Of a stretch of 64,000 nucleotides of DNA, positions 1 through 11,218 are shown piece after piece. The notes beneath the pieces were generated by a model that was not told the DNA's origin, did no database searches, and was given only the letters and a program-made list of their open reading frames with translations. Made by a program: the position numbers and the translations under genes. Numbering within the stretch: the stretch's first letter is position 1; the number at the start of each line of letters is the position of its first letter. This stretch comes from Octopus sinensis (taxonomy: Eukaryota), in assembly GCF_006345805.1 (NCBI RefSeq), contig NC_042998.1, positions 49,600,001 to 49,664,000 of the forward strand, written 5' to 3'.

Positions 1-694
1 ACAATTAATTTTAAATATAACAAAGAATTTAGTAGAATAACGTAGTTATCATTCAGTTAGTGTTAGAAACATCAATTGTGACTAAGATTTAGTGGAAGAT
101 TTTAATTCAAAACTTATGAAAACAAGACATTTGTACTATAGAGCCAGAGGCAGTTTCAGCCGGGTTGGTATCGAAAGGGTTAATGGTCAATATTACTTCA
201 TGGAATTTCAGGCTTGGCTGGGTGGTTAAGAAGTTTATTTCCTAACCATTTGTTTCAGGTTCAGTCCCACTGTGTGGTATCCTGGATACATGTCTTCTAC
301 TATAGCTCCGGGCTGACCAAAGCCTTGTGAGTGGGGCTTAGTCGGTAAAAACTGAAAGAATTCCATCACACACGCACACACACACATCTATGTATATATG
401 TATATATATGTGTGTATGTGTGTGCATCTGAGTGTGTATTTGTGAGTGTCATTGTGTTTTTGTTTGACCCCCTCCCCACCACCACCACCACTACCACGAC
501 CATATGACACCCAGTGTTGATTTGTTTATGAACCTGTGACTAAACAGTTTAGCAAAACGAGATCGACAGAATAAGTACCAGGCTTAAAAAAATATTTGCT
601 GGAGTTGATTTGTTCAACTTCAAAGCAGGGCCTCAGCATAGCTGCAGTCGAATGACAGACACAAGATAAAATTAAGATGTGCTTATGTATATAA

Positions 695-725
<31 letters not shown>

Positions 726-837
726 GTAAAAGCAATTAAGATTCAAGTCAGTTCTAATGAATTCACTTGAATGCGGTACTTAACTTAGATGCACCAGAAA
801 ACTATATGGTATTAACCATACAATAATGTGGGGTGAT

Positions 838-891
838 TATAAACGAGAAAAAAGCAACAAATCCATTCTTGTTGCTTTTTTCTCGTTTATA
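838..891. repeat. Perfect 23-bp inverted repeat, 8-nt loop
   Basis: TATAAACGAGAAAAAAGCAACAA / TTGTTGCTTTTTTCTCGTTTATA. Confidence 0.95.
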
Positions 892-919
892 TATATATAT
901 ATTATATATATATATATAT

Positions 920-956
<37 letters not shown>

Positions 957-1988
957 AATGGTAAGACAACAAAAGAATGAAAGAGACCTCGATATTATGA
1001 AAATAGACAAATTTATGTGTAAATATATGTGACAGTTATTTGGTAGCCATGATAAAACTCCGGGTTTTAGATGTTGGGGCGGAAGCTCACGCCGCCATCT
1101 CTTCAGTTGACCCCAGGACTTAATCTTTATAAGCTTAGTATTTATTCTATTGGTCTCTTTTGCAGGGATGTAAACATACCAGCATCAGTTGTCAAGTGAT
1201 GTTGGGGGGACAAACACAGACACACATACACACACACACATATATATACATATATATGATGGGCTTCTTTCAGTTTCCATCTACCAAATCCACTCACAAG
1301 ACTTTGGTCGGCCCAAGGCTATAGTAGAAGACACTTGCTCAAGGTGCCATGCTGTGGGACTGAACCCGAAACCAATGTAGTTATCAAAGTGTACAGGATG
1401 CATTTTATCATGGCACTAACACAAGAGGAGTTGCTATATCCTCAATAAAATTAATGGGTCCCCACCCCCATATCTCCATTTACCTGCCTCCTATTTTACA
1501 AAATATCATGCCAGGGTTGATTTATAGTGACACCAACAATAATGGGTTTGCTTCATACCTCTGAGATTAGAGAGTCTTTGCAATCCTATAGAGTGTTTGC
1601 TAACCCAGGGCTACATAGGTGAGGAGGTGAAAAAATGAGACAGAGATGACAGGAGATGGGATAAGTGTGTGATGCTAGAAACAGTGTTTGGGATGAGAGG
1701 GTGGTGGTAGAAGGAGTGAGAAGAAAGTGATGAACTATTTCAAAAGGATGTCTGTATAATAGGAATTTAAAATAGTATATTTCCCAGCTTGAGAGTCAAA
1801 ATTTACAGCCCAAAAATGGTGGGTTGACTTATAGACCAAGATGATTTTGAAGAACCAAAGATCTCATGTGAAATGCAACTAGATTTGGAATGATAGTAAT
1901 GCTATTTGAAAGCTTACACTACATATATACACTATATACAAAGCAGGATTTGATAAGATAGTGTAGAGGTTTGAATGTTTACACTAGA

Positions 1989-2396
1989 AGGTGCAGGCAT
2001 GGCTGCATGGTAAGATGCTTGCTTCTCAACCACATGGTTCCAGGTTCAGTCCCACTGGGCAAGTGTTTTCAACTATAGACTCGGGCTGACCAAAGGCTTG
2101 TGAGTGTATTTGGTAGCTGGAAACTGAAAGAAGCCCATTGTATATATGTATTTATTGTATGTATGCTTATATGTGTGTATTTTTGTATCTATGTTTGTCC
2201 CCCACCATCATTTGACAACTGATGTTGATGTGTTTACATCCCTGTAACTTAGCAGTTCGGCAAAAGAGACCAATAGAATAAGAACTAAGTTCACAGCGAA
2301 TAAGTACTGGGATTCGTTTCTTTGACTAAAACCTTTCAAGGCGGTGCTCCAGCATGGCCACAGTCAAATGACTGAAACAAGTAAAAGAATAAAAGA
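1989..2396 (+). mobile_element. SINE family A copy
   Basis: Full-length match to 61146-61560; ends about 70 nt before exon 1. Confidence 0.88.
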
Positions 2397-2466
2397 CTAC
2401 ATGTCTACACTATATGCTATGTCAAATTGTATGCTATAAAATAATTTAATTTTTATTTTTATTTAG

Positions 2467-2623
2467 GTTGACAGCATATGTAATGAAGATATTTTGTGAG
2501 GCATTAACCCTGCAAGAAGTAGACAGATCTGTCATATCATCAGCATTTCTATGGCTGCTGAAGAAACAGAAGAATAATGGTGCATTTAAAGAAGACAAAT
2601 TAATAATTTATAAAGAAATGATG
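2467..2623 (+). CDS. C3: C3-like exon 1 in window (TED): (W)LTAYVMKIFCEALTLQEVDRSVISSAFLWLLKKQKNNGAFKEDKLIIYKEMM
   Basis: tttag acceptor, GTATGT donor; aligns to human C3 [22 protein letters not shown]. Confidence 0.93.
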
Positions 2624-3155
2624 GTATGTTTGGAATTTTAGGAATTTTCCATATTGATTTGCTCTTCCTTTTAATTGTTTCTTTTCCAAATTATTAAAAT
2701 GCTAATTATCTAAAAAAAAGTACAATTTTTGAATAATAATAATTATGATAATATTAAAAATGGTTGCTCCTGTCAATTTCGATGTATTTGTGTTTGAAAG
2801 AGAGGATTTTAATAAAAAATAATAAATGGAGATAACAGCTTTTAAAAATCAAAAAGTCAAAAGAAGCTGCATTTATTTGTGATGGCTGTGTGAATGTAAT
2901 TTGAGTCCAGGTATGGATTTTGCTATGAAGGTGCAATGAAGACACTAGTGATTATAGTTTTACCTGGTATTAGATAAATGTATCTGCTGATTGCAAGACA
3001 TAGCTCATTTTTAAACTTTTTCTTCAACTCAAATTGTTTTGATGCATCATGACACATTTTATGCCGTACTGATTGTTCTAAGTAATGTACAATTTTTTTA
3101 ATAATAATAATAATAAATAATAATAGTAGTAGTAGTAATAATAATAATAATAATG

Positions 3156-3188
<33 letters not shown>

Positions 3189-3503
3189 GTTGTCATAGGT
3201 GCCCTGGGAATGATAGCAAAAGGGGCTGATTTCTACCTAACTCAGATACCAGGAAACCCCAAAATGGCAGAAATTCAAAAGATAGTGCTCATGGGAACTG
3301 CTCATATCCCACGCAAAATACTTTCTTTGTAATCTCAAGTTTTAAAACAAACAATTTTCGCATGGTTTTTTAGGTATTCTCTAGTACAACACTAAGTACA
3401 AAACCAAATATATGGCACCCTAGGCATAACACCAACATGAGCTTCCAACTTGGAGACTTGGAGCCAGCTTGTGCAAATGTAAAGCAAAAGTCAAACATAG
3501 AAT
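3189..3503 (+). mobile_element. Dong/R4-clade LINE 3' fragment inside (TAA)n
   Basis: VVIGALGMIAKG..EIQKIVLMGTAHI remnant; (TAA)n on both sides. Confidence 0.8.
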
Positions 3504-3510
3504 GATGATG

Positions 3511-3555
<45 letters not shown>

Positions 3556-3558
<3 letters not shown>

Positions 3559-4072
3559 GCCCTGATGCAATACCAGGAAGTGGCTCTCATGGCTTCTGAT
3601 CTTAACTGATTGGAAGTGTTATCATGTACGTTGTTTTGTCTTGGTATAAAAGATGGGCTACAGCAAATATTCTGCTCAATACCACAGATTTGCTTGTCAG
3701 TTGTTTGACCGTAACTAGTTGAGCATGTCCCTTAGTGGCTGACGATATGTGCATCTCTGATCACAAGCAGAAGTAGTTGGGGAGAATAATTTACCTCTGG
3801 AAACATGGGTGTTTTGTTCAACATCCTTAAACAACCCTTATTCAGGGACCTTTTGAGCGCAATGGGTTACTCGACCAGAAGAAAATTGTAACTGGGCCCC
3901 ACCTGCAAGGTCATGTGCTGTTTATCTTGATATGAGATCACCATGTTGTGCACACATGATTGTGATGCATGTGCTTAGTGTACCCTTGTCAGACGGGTAG
4001 TCATGATGGGTATACTGGGCTTCATGTATTTTACCCCAGTGTCACTTTGATGGCATGCACTGCTCTCTCTCA
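3556..4072 (+). mobile_element. Unclassified (AAT)n-associated interspersed repeat (family G)
   Basis: Same sequence recurs inverted at 50770-51125 and 51150-51700 and as a fold-back at 10879-11218; no coding signal seen. Confidence 0.8.
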
Positions 4073-5064
4073 TACGATACAAACAAGAAGATATTTTTCC
4101 AAATGTAGAATTGCCGTTAGAACAGCAGAAATACTGGGTAAATTACCCTTTACAAGGCAAATTAATTTGCCATGGTTGTTTGTTGACGAATTTACCCAGT
4201 ATTTCTGCTGTTCTAATGGCAATTCTGCATTCAAAACAATTTCTTCTTGTTTGTATCGTACAACACACATTTCAATGCTTCTCATAAAAGCAAATGTTAG
4301 TTTGTCTTTAAAGAGTGTTTTTATTATATAAGACACAAATATCAATTTTTGCAGCTGCACTGCACCTCACTTGTTTGCATTTTTAGCAGTGTTGGATTAA
4401 CCATTAAGCAAAATAAGCATGTGCTTAGGGCATCAAGGGAAGGAAAGGAACCACAGAAATGGTAAATAGTTTATAGCACAAAAGAAATCACTTTAATTCT
4501 TAGACAAGCCTGCAAACATTTGGGTGGTTGCCAAAGAGGGCAGTACTACCCCACTGGGATGGTGGAAAGATCTAGGGGGCGTTGAAGAAAAGTGGGGTGA
4601 TAATGGGGTGGTCAAGGGTGGCCAAAAGAGGACAATAATATTTGAAGTGGTTTACATGATCAGAAATATAATTTTGAAGTGTTCATGGTGTCATAGTGAG
4701 AATCTCATCAAAGACCTTGCAATTAAAAAAAAGTTGGAGAAAACTTTTCAAATATAAATAAAATGGGAGTATACAAAAATAAGCATTATTTTCTATCTGT
4801 TAGTTTTTGTTTTATTTTGAAAAATAAAAATTCACCTTACGGGTTTATTATTGTTTATAATTTGAATTACACATGCATGGGGCACCAAAATTTTTTAAGT
4901 GCTTAGGGCCTTTTTTGGATCTTAATCTGGCTGTGATCTTTAGATGCGAAAACCTGTTGTCATTTAATGTCTCTTGTTGAGATTTGGGTACAGCTTGTAT
5001 GAATTAAAGCAAAGGCAAAACATAACAACAACAACAATAATAATTTTCTTTTCATTTAATCCAG

Positions 5065-5142
5065 GGAATTATTTCTGATACTGGCTTGACAGCGTTCATT
5101 TTAATTAGTTTCATGGAGTGTAAAGAAAATTTTCACCAAAAG
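5065..5142 (+). CDS. C3: C3-like exon 2 (TED): GIISDTGLTAFILISFMECKENFHQK
   Basis: ccag acceptor, GTAATT donor, 78 nt phase 0-0; matches LTAFVLISL motif. Confidence 0.92.
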
Positions 5143-5244
5143 GTAATTGTTCATTATCTCTTATAAAAGGTTCTCTCATAGATTCAGCAAATGTAATTAG
5201 CCTGAATGTATGTTTGCGTCTGTAAGTATACTGTGTGTGAGTGA

Positions 5245-5292
<48 letters not shown>

Positions 5293-5644
5293 TGTGTGTG
5301 TGTGTGTGCGTGTGTGCGTGTGTGTGTGTATTTGGAAACCAGATGCTATGATAAAAGCATGATATAAATTTACTAGCACAGTTACCAAAAATATTTTTGT
5401 ACTATACTTCACCTACCTCCTTGCAAATGTGAATGACAACTTGAATATTTTTAATGTAAAATGCTAAAAAGATACACATCATTATATATATATATGTAAA
5501 TCTACATAGTAGACATACAGATATGTCAAATTTACCTATTTCTCCTTAGATTAAAAAAATAAATTTTTGATCCTTATTGGGGTCTCATCTGAGGTTTTAA
5601 CATCACTTAACCAAGTAACCAAATCTTATATATAGCATTTAAAA

Positions 5645-5915
5645 CAGTGGTTTCCAAAGAGGGCAGTGGAAAGATCTAGGGGGCATTGAAGAAAAGTAGG
5701 GTGATAATGGGGTGGTCAAGGGTGGCCAAAAGAGAGCAATGAATGTAAAGGTGACAAAATAATGGATTAATTAAGTTTTATTCATGAAATACAGTTGTTT
5801 TGAATCTACTGCAGAAAGTGGTCTATGTTTGTGGTGGTGAGTAGGAGAAGGGGGCACTAGAAATGTGGCCTGAATGCCAAAGGGGCAACAACCTGAAAAA
5901 GTTTGGGGACCACTG
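5645..5915. mobile_element. hAT-type MITE (partial second copy near 4521-4640)
   Basis: CAGTGGTTTCCAAA / TTTGGGGACCACTG TIRs with perfect 8-bp TSD ATTTAAAA. Confidence 0.88.
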
Positions 5916-5957
5916 ATTTAAAAGAATAATGTAATGACCATATTAATATTTACAAGT

Positions 5958-6345
5958 CATCATCATCATCATCATCGTCGTCGTCGTTTAACGTCCGCTT
6001 TCCATGCTAGCATGGGTTGGACAATTGACTGAGGGCTGGCGAACCAGATGGCTGCACCAGGCTTCAATCTTGATCTGGCAGAGTTTCTAAAGTTGGATGC
6101 CCTTCCTAATACCAACCACTCCGAGAGTGTAGTGGGTGCTTTTATGTGCCACTGGCATGGAGGCCAGATAGCTGCTCTGGCAATGATCACGCTCGGATGG
6201 TGTTCTTCATACCCTACTAGCATGGGGCTCGAGTGCCAGTAAGGTGACGCTGGTAACAATCACGCTCGAATGGTGCCTTTTAAGTGCCACTGGCACGGAA
6301 GCCGGTTGGCCCCTCTGTCAACGATCACACTCGTAATATTACTTA
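5958..6345 (-). mobile_element. RTE-tail SINE-like element (family D); further copies near 15860+, 35035-, 36180-, 37530+, 41970+, 52000-
   Basis: (CAT)n TTTAACGTCCGCTTTCCATGCTAGCATGGGTTGGAC..GGATGCCCTTCCTAA shared with 3' UTR of the RTE LINE. Confidence 0.85.
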
Positions 6346-6719
6346 AATGGCGCATGACAATGCCAGCTATACAGTGTAGAGAAATATTCTGAAGCAAAGG
6401 AAAGGGATTTTAAATTTAGAATGTATATAGACATAACAAACACCATAAGGTATTTTGTTTGATGTACTAATTTTGATGTAGAAAAAGTGATGAACTCTAG
6501 CAAAGTCGGTCATCATGATAATGATGAAGCATAACAATAACATTCCTGTGAATTAAATTCTAACATTCTTCACTGCTGCTTCATTTTTCTGGTTTTTTAA
6601 ACTTTTTTATACATTAGAAAGTGAATTGACTGAAAGTAAAACTAGCAAAGATTTAGCCAAAAAATGCATACAGAACTTAACTGTTATCTGGGAGGTAGCC
6701 ATGTTTCATTTGTGGAAAA

Positions 6720-7000
6720 GTGATAGGTATTAACTCTATACAATGTACCCACAAGCATTCCAGGTGCTGAATGTCTTTCTGGAGATATGGATTTGAGGCC
6801 TGGATGTAATATTCGAAGATGGGTCGATCTAGAGTGACGTATACAGGCTGAAAGACATCCATTGAAAGGTTGACAAAGGACCAGCAAATGAGGAAAAGAT
6901 TCCTTCTGGCTTTGTTCGCTGCCTTGATATACTGCCGTGTTGGTTTGAAAGTAGTATCAATCATTATGCTGAGATCCTTTTCTTCAGTGACCATCATAAA
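6720..7000 (-). mobile_element. CR1/L2-clade LINE RT C-terminal fragment
   Basis: EKDL..ID..KP..KAANKA..RPIFEY.IQA.NPYLQKDIQHLE in ORF 6677-6997. Confidence 0.8.
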
Positions 7001-7884
7001 TTATGGGTGCCCAAGATTTGCTGTGGCATTTTGAGCAGGTTGACTTCAAAGAAGTTTTTGAAAGACCTTTACGGTTTACTAGAAGTTGTTGGCAGTTTCT
7101 GTTACAAAAGTAACTTCGTCAACAGTGACTGTGGGTAGCTGCTGTTGAAGCATACTTTCTTTAGTAAGAACAATGTGGGAAAAAATCCGGGGAAATAAAA
7201 ATACTCTGTCTTGGAATGAAGGGCAAATTGTATGATACTTCTGCATAAAATACATTACTACATGGGAACAAAAAAAAACATGGGCAGTGAATGCAGATGT
7301 ACACAAGCTGAAAAAACAGAAAGGAAAAAAAGAGAATGAGGCAATTATGCTTTATTGGATATGTAATGTAAGTGTGCATGAAAAATGGAGCCCTGTAGAG
7401 CTGGTGGTGGTGGTGATGGTGGTGGTGGTGGTGGTGGTAGTGGTGTTGGTGGTGGTGGTAACACTACTGCTACTCCTGTCATTGACATGACATTTGTCTG
7501 TCTTTTAGTAGAATACTTAAATCAACTTGTCCTAATTTACCCTGGTTGTAGAATATGTAGCAATGAGATAGATTAAGTACCATAGATTTAGGAAACAGAC
7601 TTGCTTACAATCATGAGTGGGGTTCTGTTGATTGTTACTGCTTCAAATTGATGCCTGTAATGTATTTTACATTTAAAGAATTAGAAGTTACATTGATTTT
7701 GTATCTGGTTTGTAAGATTCTTTATGTGAATTTGTGTATTGAAACAAATTCTGTTGAGTCCAGGGTGAGTCATTATACCAACATTAATAACTGGTTCAAT
7801 TCTGCTCATTTATCATTTCTCAGTTGGTTAGATATCCAACTAACCAATCAGTTGTTAGTTTAACTTGGTTAAATAGCATGTGTG

Positions 7885-7915
7885 TGCTTGTGTACATATG
7901 TAGGTATGTATGTAC

Positions 7916-7950
<35 letters not shown>

Positions 7951-8110
7951 TGTATGTATGTATGTATGTATATATGTCATTATTTAGTTTTATTTCAAGA
8001 TTTCTTACCAATAGAGAAAGAGCTAGTTTCTAACCTAGCTCCAAGGTTTCTTCCTTGGAATTTTAACAACACTAACAGGGTATTTTTGTATGTATGTATG
8101 TATGTATGTA

Positions 8111-8143
<33 letters not shown>

Positions 8144-8410
8144 ATGTATGTATGTATGTATGTATGCATGTATGTAAGCATGTGTGCATATATGTATGTA
8201 TGTATGCATGTATGTAAGCATGTGTGCATATATGTATGTATGTATGTATGTAAGTACATATGTACGTATGTATGTATGTATGTATTCTGTGTGTGTGTAT
8301 ATGTGTATTCTTGTGTTTGTGTGTCTGTGTGTGTGTATCTGCTTTCATGTGTGTGTGTGTCTGCTTCCATGTGTGTGCATGCATGTGTGTTTGTGCATGC
8401 ATGTGTGGCA
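7885..8410. repeat. (TATG)n/(TG)n compound microsatellites
   Basis: Direct reading. Confidence 0.95.
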
Positions 8411-9399
8411 TAACAGACTAAGTGAAAAGTCATTGAAAAGGTTGCAAATAGCAATGAAAGAACTTTGACAAAAAAAGAAAAAAAAGGGAAAAAACTGACT
8501 CACTGTTTAATCAAGTTAAACAAACAAACAAATAGTTAGTTGGATATTTAACCAATTGACTAATAATAAAGGAGTGGAACTGAACCAGTGTGTGTTATTA
8601 ATATTAGCATAATGACACACCCTAGATGTAACAAAATTAGAAGTTAATTCATAATGTATCTCTTATTTTTTTTCATGCCATAGAAAATGGAGTTAAGCCT
8701 CAACCCTATAAACAAAAATAATTGTAGTTACTTACAAAGCTGCTGTAAATTATAATGAATGTTTTGTTCTTTGTTCAAAACAAAACTATTTTTTACATTT
8801 AAAAAAAATATTTTCTGTTTTTATTTTTTTTTCCATTTCAAAACATAATTATATTATTTGAATATGCAGTGATAAATTATAACTGTCACTATATCGATAT
8901 CTTACACACAGACTTAAATTTCATTTTCCACTTAACTTTTCTTTCATATGTTTTCACTGTTGCCTTTTTTTTAATTTCTGAGTTTTTAAAGCTAAAATGT
9001 CGACTTTGGTAAACAAGCTCAATATTGAAGTTAGAACTTTGTTTATAGTTTGAAATGCTTATCTACAATGAAACAATGAAGTATTGTTTTCACATTTGTG
9101 ATTGTGCTACTGCTGCATATACAGACATTCTACACTGCATTTAAAAAAGAACCACTTATTTCATTGTTATAAATTCAACCACCGATATTACAGCCATTGG
9201 CCCACAAATGTACTGTCTCCTCTCTTCTCTACCTCTTCTACTACTACTATGATAGCCTCTTCTCTTTAAATCTGGCTGGACACATGCCACAGCTGTTCAG
9301 GCATTCCCATCTTATTTGTCCCTCTTTCTCTCATCACCAGTGTTGTATCCAGCCATCCAAGCTCTATATTCAGTCCGTCTTTGACTAAGCATCATCCCT

Positions 9400-9835
9400 C
9401 TTTTACTCTTTTACCTGTTTCAGTCATTTGACTGTGGCCATGCTGGAGCACCACCTTTAGTCGAGCAGATTGACCCCACGACTTATTCTTTGTAAGCCTA
9501 GTACTTATTCTATTGGTCTCTTTTGCCAAACCGCTAAGTTACGGGGATGTAAACACACCAGCATCGGTTGTCAAGTGATGTTGGGGGGGACAAACAGACA
9601 CACAAACAACACACACACACACACACACACACACCACACACACACACACATATATATATATACACATATATACGCCGGGCTTCTTTCAGTTTCCGCCTGC
9701 CAAATCCACTCACAAGGCTTTGGTCGGCCCGAGGCTATAGTGGTAAACACTTGCCCAAGGTGCCATGCAGTGGGACTGAACCCAGAACCATGTGGTTGGT
9801 AAGCAAGCTACTTACCACACAGCCACTCCTACGCC
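9400..9835 (-). mobile_element. SINE family A copy
   Basis: Full-length reverse-complement match. Confidence 0.9.
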
Positions 9836-10366
9836 TCTAGAATTTCCTCTCTGTTCATATATTTTCCACTGGTTTTGACTTACAATGGTCAAAGAGGAAC
9901 ATTTAATGACATCACTCTCACAGGTCTAGGGAGGCTTGTGAGACCAGTGAGCCTTTCTAGACCACTGGAAGGGCACTATCTCTTCTTCCAGACCTGAAAA
10001 ATAGAAAGAAGAAAAAAAAAAAGGAAAACTGAATGTTCATGTTAAATGGTCGATCAGCTTTTTCACCAGTTTAAAATTTTTACACCATATTTTCTATTAT
10101 ATAAGTCGATGTATATAGCATAAACATGTAATGCAAACAACAGTCAGACCATCGCTGTCTTTTCTATTGCATTTCATATGGAATATTTGGTTTTCCAAAG
10201 TTGTCTTCATATATAATTCAACCTAGTGTTTTGGCTGTGACTTTTGGTCTGAAAAAGTTTACTTATATGCCAGAAAATATGGTGCTAGCTCAACATATTT
10301 GATAGTTCAAAAATGCAGGTTATTTTGCCATTTAATAAAAAGTGTTTATAAATTTTTTTTCAACAG

Positions 10367-10541
10367 ATTCTTGAAAATGAACGTATTATCCTCCACTCCA
10401 TTGAATATTTAGAACAAGAACTTGACACAATTGAAGATGATTTAACATTATCAATTGTAACATATGCTCTAACCTTAACAAGAAGTGAAAAAAGCGAACA
10501 ATCTTGGAATAAATTAAATGAAAAAGCTATATCAGACTCAG
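10367..10541 (+). CDS. C3: C3-like exon 3 (TED): ILENERIILHSIEYLEQELDTIEDDLTLSIVTYALTLTRSEKSEQSWNKLNEKAISDS
   Basis: poly-T caacag acceptor, GTAAGA donor; YL..and TYAL motifs of TEPs. Confidence 0.92.
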
Positions 10542-10568
10542 GTAAGAATTTATCTTTGATGATTTTCA

Positions 10569-10634
<66 letters not shown>

Positions 10635-10878
10635 AAAGAATTAATTATTTTAATAAAAGAATTAATTATTTTAATAAAAGAATTAATTATTATTATTATC
10701 ATTATTATGATTATGATTATTATAAAAAAATTATTATTCCACCAAGGTTGACTTTCCTTTCATCTTTCAGGATCAATAAATTAAGTACCAATTGAGTACT
10801 GGGGTCGATGTGATTGACTGTCCCCCTCCCCATAAAATCCTAAAGTAGAAAAGATTATTATTATTATTATCGTTACTT

Positions 10879-11218
10879 TTGAGTGAGTGAGCAGTGCATG
10901 CCATCAAAGTAACTCTGGAGTAAAATATATGAAACCCAGTATACCCATTATGACTACCTGTTTGATAAGGGTACACAAGGCATATGCATCACAACCTTAT
11001 GTGCATGATATGGTGATCTCATGTCAAGATAAACAGTGCAGAATCTTGCAGGTGGAGAACTGTTTATCTTGATATGAAGTCACCAATTTGCGTACATATG
11101 GTTGTGATGCATGTGCCTGATGTACCTTTATCAGATAGGTAGTTATGATGGGTATACTAAGCTTCATGTATTTGTATCCCAGTGTCACTTTGATGGCATG
11201 CACTGCTCTCTCACTCAA
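10879..11218. repeat. Fold-back of two family G fragments (about 160-bp arms, 21-bp spacer)
   Basis: 10879-11037 is the diverged reverse complement of 11059-11218. Confidence 0.88.
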
